NCBI GenBank assembly: GCA_041674285.1
Contig: JBAYVZ010000005.1
Location: 5,176-69,175 of the forward strand
Direction of reading: 5' to 3'
DNA: 64,000 bases
Source of the DNA: Minisyncoccota bacterium
GTDB taxonomy: Bacteria; Patescibacteriota; Minisyncoccia; Phycocordibacterales; UBA9973
Position 1 is the stretch's first letter. Every line of letters starts with the position of its first letter. This document shows, piece after piece, positions 16,328-25,560 of this stretch. The notes beneath the pieces were generated by a model that saw only the letters and a list, made by a program, of their open reading frames with translations, was not told the origin of the DNA and made no database searches. A program made the translations under genes and the position numbers.

Positions 16328-18013
16328 ATGACAAAGCAAAATTGTAAAACATGTAGTAGCGAGTTTGAGATAAGAGACGAGGATCTTGTTTTTTATGAGC
16401 AGATGAAAACAGTCCCGCCCACATACTGCCCAAATTGCCGAATGGCAAAAAGATTGACCTTCCGAAATGAAAGAACTTTTTACAAGCGCCCTTGTGACAT
16501 GTGCAAAAAGGATATCATCACAGTTTACTCTCCGGACTCACCATACACTGTATACTGCCACGATTGCTGGTGGGGTGACGCTTGGGACCCAAAAAGTTTC
16601 GGCAAAGATTATGATTTTAGTAAATCATTTTTCGAACAATACAAAGAACTACAACACGAAGTACCCCGAATTGGCCTCATGGCTTTCAATAATGTCCGAA
16701 GTGAGTATACAAATGGTTCAGCAGAAAATAAAGATTGCTATCTAATATTTGCTGCCGATTACAATGAAGATTGTATGTACGGGCGACTATTACAACGTGA
16801 CAAGCAGTGTGTGGATTGTGCATTCCTGCACGAATCAGAGCTCTGTTATGAATGTATCGACTGCCGACAATGCTTTAAAACAATGTACAGTGAGCAATGC
16901 CAGTCTAGCAGTGACCTACTATTCTGCTACAACATGCGTGATTCACAAAATTGTATTTTGTGTACCAATGGTCGCCATATGTCGAACTCTATTTTAAACA
17001 TAAAATATGACAAGGCCACATTCGAAGAAAAGAAAAAAGAAATACTTTCAAGTTATGAAAATATAGAAAATGCCAAAAAAAGTTTTGAAGAAATAAAAAA
17101 ACAGGCTATAAAAAAATACGCATCCCGCACAAAATGTCACAATGTGACAGGAGACTACCTACACAATTGCTATGATGGGGTAATGCTTTTTGACACATAT
17201 GATGCAAAAAATTGTTCTTATATGACTGACTGTGAAAGCCCGATAGATAGTATGGATTGCAATAACTACTACTACAAACCAGAACTAGGCTACAACATAA
17301 TGGGTGCACTAGAAGGAAGTAAGTTAAAAAATTCAGCTTTTGTATTCTACTGCAACGATGTCGAATATTGTGAGAGTTGTCATCATTTATCAGATTCAAT
17401 TGGATGTATTGGAATCCGAAAAGGAAAGTATCTGATTCTAAATAGAGAATATTCAAAAGAAGAATATCTAGATATTAGAAAAAAAATTGATGAACAAATG
17501 AAAGGGGATGAAAATTATGGACAATTTTTCCCGACAGATATTGCGCCTTTCGGATACAACGAAACACTCTCGCAAGATTTCTTTCCTCTAACACGTGAAG
17601 AGGCTCTGGCTAGAGGTTATCATTGGCAAGAAAAAAATACAGGTACATTTGGCAAGGAGACAATGGGCGAAGAAAATATTCCGAGCTCCATAGAAAAGAC
17701 ACAGGACACGATAATATCAGAGATCCTAGCCTGCAATGAATGTGGCAAGAATTATAAAATCACACAAGCAGAATTGGATTTTTATAAACGACTAAACATC
17801 CCGATCCCGCACAAAGATTTTGAATGTCGCCACCAAGACAGGATGAGAAAAAGAAATCCGAGAAAATTATATGATGGTCACTGTATGTGTGAGGCAGAAA
17901 ATCATATCAATCACGAGGGCTCAAAGTGTAGCGAGATATTCAAGACGACATACAGCCCCGACAGAGGCGAGACAGTATACTGTGAATCATGTTATCAGCA
18001 AGAAGTATCATAA
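16328..18013 (+). CDS. cysteine-rich protein with duplicated zinc-ribbon modules
   Basis: 561 aa with more than 40 Cys. The N- and C-terminal modules share a C-x2-C ... FY ... C-x2-C-R ... RN-x-R-x-[FL]Y ... YSPD ... VYC-x2-C pattern. Confidence 0.65.
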   Translation: MTKQNCKTCSSEFEIRDEDLVFYEQMKTVPPTYCPNCRMAKRLTFRNERTFYKRPCDMCKKDIITVYSPDSPYTVYCHDCWWGDAWDPKSFGKDYDFSKSFFEQYKELQHEVPRIGLMAFNNVRSEYTNGSAENKDCYLIFAADYNEDCMYGRLLQRDKQCVDCAFLHESELCYECIDCRQCFKTMYSEQCQSSSDLLFCYNMRDSQNCILCTNGRHMSNSILNIKYDKATFEEKKKEILSSYENIENAKKSFEEIKKQAIKKYASRTKCHNVTGDYLHNCYDGVMLFDTYDAKNCSYMTDCESPIDSMDCNNYYYKPELGYNIMGALEGSKLKNSAFVFYCNDVEYCESCHHLSDSIGCIGIRKGKYLILNREYSKEEYLDIRKKIDEQMKGDENYGQFFPTDIAPFGYNETLSQDFFPLTREEALARGYHWQEKNTGTFGKETMGEENIPSSIEKTQDTIISEILACNECGKNYKITQAELDFYKRLNIPIPHKDFECRHQDRMRKRNPRKLYDGHCMCEAENHINHEGSKCSEIFKTTYSPDRGETVYCESCYQQEVS

Positions 18014-18046
18014 ATTAAAATCACCCCATATTGGGGTGATTTTAAT
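18014..18046. terminator. bidirectional hairpin terminator
   Basis: ATTAAAATCACCCCA-TAT-TGGGGTGATTTTAAT between convergent genes. Confidence 0.7.
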
Positions 18047-18049
18047 TTA

Positions 18050-18442
18050 TTATTTATTGTACTGAGCTCTGATCTGTGCGCCGGCGACACCGTCGACTAT
18101 CAGACCCTTTGACGCTTGGAATTCACGGAGAGCTTTATCTGTCAGTGGGCCAAAGTTGCTTGTCGCCTTGTGAGTCGCTAGTTCTTTTGCAGCAGGACCT
18201 ACTGATTTCTTTATTAAAAATTTCTGGAGAGTCATAACATCTGAACCCTTCATACCTAGCTTCAAATTACGGACAGTAGCCTTTTTTGATTTAGCTTTTG
18301 CTTTTGGCTTGGCTGAATACGGAGCAGTACCTACTGTGAATTTGGTAGGAGTAGGGATAAATCTTTCCGCTGAAACAAAAAGAGGTGAAACTCCAGCTAA
18401 AAATGAAGCGAATATAAAAATTGTAAATATTTTTTTAATCAT
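18050..18442 (-). CDS. secreted peptidoglycan-binding-domain protein
   Basis: Signal-like MIKKIFTIFIFASFLAG. C-terminal PG_binding_1-like GMKGSDVMTLQKFL...GPLTDKALREFQASKGLIVDGVAG. Start trimmed to the ATG overlapping the upstream stop (ATGATTAA). Confidence 0.7.
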   Translation of the reverse strand: MIKKIFTIFIFASFLAGVSPLFVSAERFIPTPTKFTVGTAPYSAKPKAKAKSKKATVRNLKLGMKGSDVMTLQKFLIKKSVGPAAKELATHKATSNFGPLTDKALREFQASKGLIVDGVAGAQIRAQYNK

Positions 18443-19535
18443 TTGGTTGGAAGTCACGTGCATTTACTTTTAATCCTAGGTACGGGTTGCTCTGTGGGCC
18501 ATGGAAACCGATATGAGTATGTGGGCCTGTAGATTTACCAGTATTACCTACATAACCAATAATCTGACCTCTTTTTACCTTATCCCCAGGCTGTACAAGA
18601 ACTTTGCTCATATGACCAAATATGGCTTGTCTACCATCTGTAAAGTCGATAACCACATAAAGACCATATCCTCCATTGTATCCAGTAGGGCGGGCAATCA
18701 AGACAGATCCATCATATATAGCGTATATAGGTGTACCCTTTGGTGCGGCAAAGTCATAAGCATTGTCTCCATGTAGACCTTGGGATATACGCCCTATACC
18801 CCTTGGGAATGGCCAGATATAGCTACTTGAGATTGAGCCGTCTGGCTGACCACTAGAAGCAGGATCTTCTTTAGGCTCTTCGACTATATTTTTAACCTCT
18901 TTTACAGGGACAGCTTCTACTACGACGGGAGCTGGGGCAGGAGTCGGAGCTTGTGCTACTAGCTTTTTAGGCTGTTCGATTAACTTTTCTGAAGAAGTAG
19001 TCTTTTTCTCTGGTGTTTTTGAAGTCACCTTGATTTCTGGAGCTTTTTCGGCCTTTTCAGTCACCTTTGGTACATTCACAGGGATGATAGATAGGACTTG
19101 ACCCACTTTTAGGACTTCGCCCTTCTTTAAGCTGGCAGCATAAACTACTGAATCCTTGGAAACCTTTAATTTTCGAGCGATACCATCTATTGTATCTCCC
19201 TTTTTAACTATATAATTACTGATTTTCTCTGTTGTAGCGTATTTTTGGACGTCATTGTTGCCTAGGAAGCCCTCTGTGGCCTCTATAGCCTGCTCACCGA
19301 CAGTCCCTTGACTTAAATCTATAACTGTATTCTTTAGTTCTGGGGTTAGATTTGATTCAAGAAGAGGGACTGTTTGCGAGTTGTGGGGCATATCTCCGGT
19401 AGACTCGGGAACAACAGAGGCATAGGTATCTGACCCTACAATAGCGCTAAATACATCCCCAAAAAAACTAGCAGAAGCAGTACTAGGAGCCAGTGATACC
19501 GACAAAACAAGGACCAAAGAAAAACAAGCTTTCAT
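18435..19535 (-). CDS. LysM-domain M23 family metallopeptidase
   Basis: Signal peptide MKACFSLVLVLSVSLAPSTASA, a LysM domain (YIVKKGDTIDGIARKLKV), and M23 motifs HGDNAYDF (HxxxD) and GPHTHIGF (HxH). Confidence 0.85.
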   Translation of the reverse strand: MKACFSLVLVLSVSLAPSTASASFFGDVFSAIVGSDTYASVVPESTGDMPHNSQTVPLLESNLTPELKNTVIDLSQGTVGEQAIEATEGFLGNNDVQKYATTEKISNYIVKKGDTIDGIARKLKVSKDSVVYAASLKKGEVLKVGQVLSIIPVNVPKVTEKAEKAPEIKVTSKTPEKKTTSSEKLIEQPKKLVAQAPTPAPAPVVVEAVPVKEVKNIVEEPKEDPASSGQPDGSISSSYIWPFPRGIGRISQGLHGDNAYDFAAPKGTPIYAIYDGSVLIARPTGYNGGYGLYVVIDFTDGRQAIFGHMSKVLVQPGDKVKRGQIIGYVGNTGKSTGPHTHIGFHGPQSNPYLGLKVNARDFQPND

Positions 19536-19750
19536 AGTAAAAGCTTTATTTTGCAAGGCTATTTTTGGAAAACTGGCTTTCTGCTCTAGGAGCTCGTGGC
19601 GCAGATTTTCCTTTTTAAAGAAAAATGATTGCATAAGAAATGTGGGCGTACGGACAGGCGGTCATCTGAGGGAAACTATCCACTATTCTGTATTGCAGGG
19701 GTATATTCCCCCTGTCTATATATGGTACCGCAGGGGGTATATGTAGTCAA

Positions 19751-19782
19751 CCATAGTTATGCACATATGTGCATAACTATGG
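19751..19782. promoter_or_regulatory. perfect 32-bp palindrome (candidate operator)
   Basis: CCATAGTTATGCACAT|ATGTGCATAACTATGG, 16+16 nt with no mismatch, in the divergent region between the M23 gene and the 19883 gene. Confidence 0.6.
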
Positions 19783-19816
19783 GAAAACATAGGCACCGAG
19801 AATGGGGGTATTTTCT

Positions 19817-19846
19817 TTGACAACACACAACTTAATATTGTAAAAT
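19817..19846 (+). promoter_or_regulatory. sigma70-type promoter TTGACA-18-TAAAAT
   Basis: TTGACA 19817-19822 and TAAAAT 19841-19846. A second TATAAA (19871-19876) lies 6 nt before ATG 19883. Confidence 0.5.
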
Positions 19847-19882
19847 ATAGGTACTTTTAACAATAAAACTTATAAATATATT

Positions 19883-22882
19883 ATGTCAGGACACGAATCA
19901 CATGGGCACGAAAAAAAAGTTGTCATCCGAAAACCTATCAAAAAATATGAAAAGGAGGAAAATATAACTGATGAATATATAGAAAACCTGGGGGCAGAAC
20001 TCATAATAATAAGAGACCAGCTGGCAGATCTAGAGGAGAGAATGCACGGGAAACTGAGCTCAAAGGATAAACACGACATAGAACACCTAATACATGAAAA
20101 AACAGAGAGGGAAATACATCTCTTAAATGAACAGGCTCGTGCTTTTATTTATTCCATAAAAGAAGAAGAGGCACTAACAAAAGCAAGAGAGAGGGTAAAT
20201 TTTTTAAAAAAAGACATTCCCCATGAGAAAATCCCAGAACTAAAAAAGAAAAAAGAGAATGAGCTTACTGAACTAGAAGAAAACATAATTACACAAAGCT
20301 TAAAAGCAGAAAAGAACAAGGAAAATATTGAGGATGCAAAAATACAAATTCAATTAAATAGAACTCGATCTGAGTATGCAAAAGAATTCAAAAAGCACAA
20401 TAAAGGAATTAAAACGAGGAAGGCAATAGACTCTGTATCTACTTATTTAAAAAATATCGGAATAAAGACAAAGAACAAATTAAACTCAATAAGACCATCC
20501 TCTTGGGATTGGACACGGGATGATTTTGCAAAGGGGAATAATGGACAAAAAAACCTTTTAAAGAAAAAAGATATTTCAGAGTATGAGACACCTGAGCTAA
20601 AAGCAAAGAGGGGAGCCTATGATGCAGCTCGTCTTGCTTTTGCAGATAGAATGTACGAGAAGAGAAAAAACGAGCTCGCAAGCGCAAGCTCAATAACAGA
20701 AGAAGCAGCAGTGGAAGAACTCAGAGAAAAAGAACTTCACAAAGCAGAAGCAAGTGGTGTGAATATGAGCCTGGACGACATAAAAGAATGGGAAGAAATA
20801 TTTAAGCGTAAAGTAAAATCCGGTGAATACAAAGATGAAATAGAAGAAATAAAAAACAGAGGAAAGATAGATTCTACAGAACAGATAAGGAGATTACAAC
20901 AATTTAAGGCAAAAGAAATACTTCAAAAAACTTTCTTTGATGAAAGAAGGAGGGTATATGAGGAGAGTGGTGTACCAGAGAGGGGTGCAGTTTTGAAATT
21001 GATGCATGGGTATGCGAGCCTGCCAAGATGGAAAAGAATCACACTGTCTACAATACTATTCACTGCTGGTGGAGTAACAGGGGCAATCCCATTCGCCCCT
21101 TTTGCTGGAGCAATGATAGCAAAATACGGCATAATATCTTACGCCGGGATGAGATTTGGTTTAAGTGCTTTTACAGCAGGAGTAGCAACAGAGGGCGCAA
21201 GGGGAGCAGATCGGTGGAATCACAAAAAAGATGAAGAATTTAAAAAAGAACAAGCGAGAAAAAGAAAAGAATCAGAGGATCAATTTGCAAATGGAGAGAT
21301 AAGCAAAGAAACACATGAAAAAAATCTTATTTCCATAGAAATAGATGAAAATGAAGATAGAAAAAAAAGAATGAGAATAAAGGCTGTAGTTGGAACACTA
21401 CTAGGTGTTGGAGCGGGAGCTGGGGCTTATCAATTAATAGGTGGAATGATGACCCCAGAAAATGAACACATAACACCACCAATGACAAAAGGAGAGCACT
21501 TTACTAAAGCGCCTGCACCAGTTCAACTAGAAAAAACCCTCGATGAATTTGCAGTGAAAGCAGACAGGGTAGAGGCAGTACCTACACCCCCAGCACCGAT
21601 TAGTACAGGAGGAGATCCAGTAATGTTAAAATACCCAGATCTAAATATCGACCAGACAGAGTTTAAAAATATGGAAGGGGGGCTAGCTACTACATCAGAT
21701 TTCACTCCACATACTACAGCAGATGAATTCAACCCAGGTAATTCAAATGCAGACCAAACACCTGCAGTAGAAAAACCAAAATACAATTTTGGAGATTATA
21801 ATCCAGATGAAAGGAATCTCAACCAAGAGAATCCTGAATCCGGGGAGAGATTAGAACTACCAAAGACCCCAGCCCCAGAGGGGCAAGAGAACCCTGAATC
21901 TGGAGAAAGGTTAGATATACCAGAGACTCCAGATCCAACTGGCCAAGAGAACCCTGAATCTGGAGAAAGGTTAGATATACCAGAGACTACAGGGGATGCA
22001 ACAGAGCCAAAAATAGAGAGTCCTACATCTACAGAAAATACAAATACTGAATCTGATATAAATAATAGTACTGAAAAGCCTAAACTTAAAATAAATTTTG
22101 AAGAGACTCAGAAGATCCAAGAAAATCAATTGACTGAACTTAAAAATGAACTAGGCGAAAAAGAATACAACAAGATAATTAAAGATCTAGAATCTAAAAA
22201 CATTCCCTACAAATCAGACTCAACGGCATTCCGAACAATTTCAATAGGAGAAAGTACTAATGAAAATTTTGCGAGAACTATTGCTAGAAATTATGCTGGT
22301 TCTCAGGTTCTAGAACAAACAGGTCAAACACAAGCAACAATAGGTAGTAGCCGAATCTTAGATTCACACATGTACAAACTTCCTAACGGGGAATACCGAA
22401 GTGTGATAATATTTGAAACAGAAAAAGTAAACGGGCAAGATGTTGGCGAGCTTTTAAACACAGAAAAAAGCCCAATAACAGAAGTCCCAGAGAGCACTGG
22501 AAATGGGGAAGAAATGAAAATCAACCCTCAGGAGACAAAAGGAAGTATGGAGGCTCCAAACATAGAAAGTGAGACTAACCTTGCCATTGAAAATATAATA
22601 AAGGAAGGGAAATACAAGGATATAGTTAAAAACGTAGAAATGCTTGGTTATAAATTTGAAGGGTCTCGCAGTGCAGATGTTACTGTTCTAAAATTCCTAG
22701 AATCTTACAAGTCTGGTGAATACACATTAGCAATAGACTCAGCAGATGCTCCTACACACAATCTTGCGTCTCAAGCAATTAGCCAGAGACAAGACCTCGT
22801 AAACACAGCAGAAAAAATGAATCTATGGAAAAAAACTGACAGTGGATATCATATGATTTCTATTCGTTTAATCAAAAAATAA
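19883..22882 (+). CDS. large membrane protein with N-terminal coiled-coil and repeat-bearing C-terminal ectodomain
   Basis: 999 aa. Has a K/E-rich N-terminal third, hydrophobic segments (ITLSTILFTAGGVTGAIPFAPFAGAMIA, AVVGTLLGVGAGAGAYQLIGGMM) and three QENPESGERL(D/E)(I/L)P repeats. Confidence 0.7.
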   Translation: MSGHESHGHEKKVVIRKPIKKYEKEENITDEYIENLGAELIIIRDQLADLEERMHGKLSSKDKHDIEHLIHEKTEREIHLLNEQARAFIYSIKEEEALTKARERVNFLKKDIPHEKIPELKKKKENELTELEENIITQSLKAEKNKENIEDAKIQIQLNRTRSEYAKEFKKHNKGIKTRKAIDSVSTYLKNIGIKTKNKLNSIRPSSWDWTRDDFAKGNNGQKNLLKKKDISEYETPELKAKRGAYDAARLAFADRMYEKRKNELASASSITEEAAVEELREKELHKAEASGVNMSLDDIKEWEEIFKRKVKSGEYKDEIEEIKNRGKIDSTEQIRRLQQFKAKEILQKTFFDERRRVYEESGVPERGAVLKLMHGYASLPRWKRITLSTILFTAGGVTGAIPFAPFAGAMIAKYGIISYAGMRFGLSAFTAGVATEGARGADRWNHKKDEEFKKEQARKRKESEDQFANGEISKETHEKNLISIEIDENEDRKKRMRIKAVVGTLLGVGAGAGAYQLIGGMMTPENEHITPPMTKGEHFTKAPAPVQLEKTLDEFAVKADRVEAVPTPPAPISTGGDPVMLKYPDLNIDQTEFKNMEGGLATTSDFTPHTTADEFNPGNSNADQTPAVEKPKYNFGDYNPDERNLNQENPESGERLELPKTPAPEGQENPESGERLDIPETPDPTGQENPESGERLDIPETTGDATEPKIESPTSTENTNTESDINNSTEKPKLKINFEETQKIQENQLTELKNELGEKEYNKIIKDLESKNIPYKSDSTAFRTISIGESTNENFARTIARNYAGSQVLEQTGQTQATIGSSRILDSHMYKLPNGEYRSVIIFETEKVNGQDVGELLNTEKSPITEVPESTGNGEEMKINPQETKGSMEAPNIESETNLAIENIIKEGKYKDIVKNVEMLGYKFEGSRSADVTVLKFLESYKSGEYTLAIDSADAPTHNLASQAISQRQDLVNTAEKMNLWKKTDSGYHMISIRLIKK
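21824..21990 (+). repeat. 60-bp in-frame tandem repeat, about 2.8 copies
   Basis: Units start at 21824, 21884 and 21944 (CAAGAGAAYCCTGAATC...). Units 2 and 3 are identical over about 46 nt. Confidence 0.85.
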
Positions 22883-22902
22883 TTATTAATTAATAAAAAT
22901 AT

Positions 22903-23211
22903 ATGGATACAAAAATAAAAAATGATATAGTTTCTATCCTTGGTATAGATTCACTACCAAAAGAAGAACAGGAGGAAGTGTACATGCAGTTCGGTGCGAT
23001 CATCTATATGGAGGTCATGACTCGTGCTATGGATATACTATCCGAAGATGATCAAAATATCCTGGATAAATTAATCCAAGAGAATCCTGATCCAGAAGTA
23101 ATGTTCACATTTCTAGCAGAAAAAATCCCAAACCTAGATGAGATAGTTCGGGAAGAAGCAGAAAAGGTTCACAAAGAAGCAGGAGATCTGATGAGTAAAG
23201 TAGGTCAATAA
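22903..23211 (+). CDS. small helical hypothetical protein
   Basis: 102 aa, LPKEEQEEVYMQFGAIIYMEVMTRAMDILSEDDQ... I associate this pattern with small conserved CPR proteins (recalled from memory, not searched). Confidence 0.55.
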   Translation: MDTKIKNDIVSILGIDSLPKEEQEEVYMQFGAIIYMEVMTRAMDILSEDDQNILDKLIQENPDPEVMFTFLAEKIPNLDEIVREEAEKVHKEAGDLMSKVGQ

Positions 23212-23219
23212 TACAAAAG

Positions 23220-23240
23220 AAAAACGCCTTTGGCGTTTTT
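23220..23240 (+). terminator. intrinsic terminator
   Basis: AAAAACGCC-TTT-GGCGTTTTT. Confidence 0.7.
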
Positions 23241-23251
23241 CTTTTGTTCTG

Positions 23252-23257
23252 TATAAT
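23252..23257 (+). promoter_or_regulatory. -10 box TATAAT (TG immediately upstream)
   Basis: TGTATAAT at 23250-23257. The ATG of the copy-4 mini-ORF (23265) is 8 nt downstream. Confidence 0.5.
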
Positions 23258-23269
23258 AGAACCAATGTC

Positions 23270-23388
23270 TCCCGTTAGAGATTCGCTTGTTATATTTCTA
23301 ATTTGAGGTGATTTGCAAAATGAATGTCGTATTATTTACTATATATTAACAAAGGGCGGTAATGTAAACATTACCTATCTCTAACGGG
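23270..23388 (+). repeat. start-codon-abutting structured element (family 1), copy 4
   Basis: Arms TCCCGTTAGAGAT (23270-23282) / ATCTCTAACGGGA (23377-23389). Inner hairpin GGTAATGT-AAA-CATTACC. ATG at 23389. Confidence 0.85.
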
Positions 23389-25320
23389 ATGGATTATCTA
23401 AATACACTAAATGAAAAGCAGAAAGAAGCGGTCCTTCAGACAGAGGGGCCGCTTCTGATTGTAGCAGGGGCCGGAGCAGGAAAGACCAAGACTCTAACAC
23501 ATCGAATCGTACATATAGTACATGGTGGAGTGAAGCCAGAGAATATACTAGCAGTTACTTTTACCAATAAAGCCGCAAAAGAGATGAGAGAAAGAGTGAT
23601 AGGACTACTTTCACAGAGGGAAAACGGTGCCCCCGCTGGTGGACATAGTGGTTATCCATTTGTTTCTACATTTCACGCACTCGGAGTAAGAATTATAAAG
23701 GAGAATGCGCACTTACTAGGCCTGACAAAGCACTTTGTCATAGCAGATGACGATGACTGCATGAAGATTATCAAGGAATCTCTCAAGACCCGCGACATAG
23801 ACCCAAAGCAGTATGAGCCGAGAAAGATCAAGAGTATCATTTCTCGAGCAAAGGGGGATTTTATAAACATAGATAAATTCTCAAATGAAGTAAAATCAGG
23901 ATTTGAAAGTGTGGTCGCTACTATCTGGCGTGACTATGAAAGAACTCTTAAATCAGAAAAGGCTCTAGACTTTGATGACCTATTGATCGAGACTGTGATG
24001 ATTTTGAAAAAGTATCCAGAAGTAAAACTACACTATCAAAATCAATGGCAGTATATCCATGTGGATGAATATCAGGATACCAATGAGGTACAGTATGAGA
24101 TGGTAAAGCTACTCGTAGGACCCAGGGAGAATATCTGTGTAGTGGGTGATACAGATCAGAATATCTATAGTTGGCGCGGAGCAAATATAAAGAACATGCT
24201 TCATTTTGAAAAAGATTATCCGAAAACTGTGATTGTGATGCTCGAACAGAATTACCGATCCACAAAGAATATAATCGAGGCAGCAAACAATGTGATAAAT
24301 AAAAATGTATTCCGAGTGCCAAAGACGCTCTTCACAGAAAAGGAGACAGGGGAGGATATCACAATATACGAGGCCTTCGACGAGATATATGAGGGGCAGT
24401 ATGTAGCAAATCAGATCCATGAATTGCTCCGTGAAAATAAACCCGAAGATATAGCTATACTCTATCGTGCGAATTTCCAATCCCGCGTATTAGAGGAAGC
24501 GATGCTTTCAAAAAATATCCCATACCAAGTCCTCGGTACAAAGTTCTTTGACCGAAAAGAAATTAAAGATGTCCTATCTTATCTACGTGCAGCATTGAAT
24601 CGTGATAGTCTGTCAGACATCAAGAGGGTGATCAATACTCCCGCTCGAGGTATCGGAAAAGTGACTCTAGTAAAACTATTCTCCGGAGGAATCAATGACT
24701 TGCCAGCTAGTATGCAGATGAAGATCAGTAACTTCTACAATTTACTAGATGAGATCCATGAATACGCCATGGTGAACAAGCCAAGTGAAATAATAAAATT
24801 CATCATTGAGCGTAGTGGACTAGAAGAAGAACTTAAAAAGGGCACTAGCGATGACCTAGAGAGACTAGAAAACATGAAGGAACTAGTGACACTCGCCATC
24901 CGATACGATGGTTTCGATATCGAGGAGGGTATAGATAAAATACTCGAAGACGCAGCACTATCTAGTGATCAAGACAGCCTGATAAACAAGCCAAAACCAG
25001 GAGGAGTACGCCTGATGACTGTGCACGCATCCAAAGGCCTTGAATTCAAATACGTATTTATCACAGGCCTTGAAAAAGATTTATTCCCGCACTCACGCCC
25101 CGGTGGAGGCAAGAAGGAGGATAGCGAGGAGGAGCGCAGACTATTCTATGTAGCACTGACTCGCGCCGAGAAAAAGCTATATCTATGCTATGCATCACTA
25201 CGAACAATATTCGGTATGAAGCAGGTAAATACCCCTAGTGAATTCCTAGAAGACATACCATCACACCTAGTAGAGTATGATAGGGGTGGCGGAAATGGAG
25301 AAAGGATTGTGTATATTTAA
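23389..25320 (+). CDS. pcrA: UvrD/PcrA-family ATP-dependent DNA helicase
   Basis: Walker A AGAGAGKTKTLTHR, a DEYQDTN motif, and TVHASKGLEF and LFYVALTRA motifs. Confidence 0.9.
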   Translation: MDYLNTLNEKQKEAVLQTEGPLLIVAGAGAGKTKTLTHRIVHIVHGGVKPENILAVTFTNKAAKEMRERVIGLLSQRENGAPAGGHSGYPFVSTFHALGVRIIKENAHLLGLTKHFVIADDDDCMKIIKESLKTRDIDPKQYEPRKIKSIISRAKGDFINIDKFSNEVKSGFESVVATIWRDYERTLKSEKALDFDDLLIETVMILKKYPEVKLHYQNQWQYIHVDEYQDTNEVQYEMVKLLVGPRENICVVGDTDQNIYSWRGANIKNMLHFEKDYPKTVIVMLEQNYRSTKNIIEAANNVINKNVFRVPKTLFTEKETGEDITIYEAFDEIYEGQYVANQIHELLRENKPEDIAILYRANFQSRVLEEAMLSKNIPYQVLGTKFFDRKEIKDVLSYLRAALNRDSLSDIKRVINTPARGIGKVTLVKLFSGGINDLPASMQMKISNFYNLLDEIHEYAMVNKPSEIIKFIIERSGLEEELKKGTSDDLERLENMKELVTLAIRYDGFDIEEGIDKILEDAALSSDQDSLINKPKPGGVRLMTVHASKGLEFKYVFITGLEKDLFPHSRPGGGKKEDSEEERRLFYVALTRAEKKLYLCYASLRTIFGMKQVNTPSEFLEDIPSHLVEYDRGGGNGERIVYI

Positions 25321-25540
25321 CTGCTTCGTAGATTAATTCTCGGACTCAGCACGAATATTTTTCTGTTGAAAAATTTTTTCCTATGGTCTGCTATGCAACG
25401 ACCATTTCGCTTCACGAACCGGATGAAATGAAAAGAAGTTTTCATTTCATTACCCGCGCTCAAGAAAATAATATTCGTCAACTCATTTATTTTCTAAGCT
25501 CCTGCGCAAGACTTCGCTCGAGAACAAATCTACTTCGCAA
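25321..25540 (+). repeat. about 220-nt long imperfect palindrome (candidate structured RNA or element)
   Basis: Nested pairings: GTAGATT..TTCTCG / CGAGAA..AATCTAC, ACGAATATT-TTTCT / AGAAAATAATATTCGT, and an apical 12-bp hairpin ATGAAATGAAAA-GAAG-TTTTCATTTCAT. Begins at the base after the pcrA stop. Confidence 0.6.
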
Positions 25541-25560
25541 AAATATGGTAGTATAAAAAC

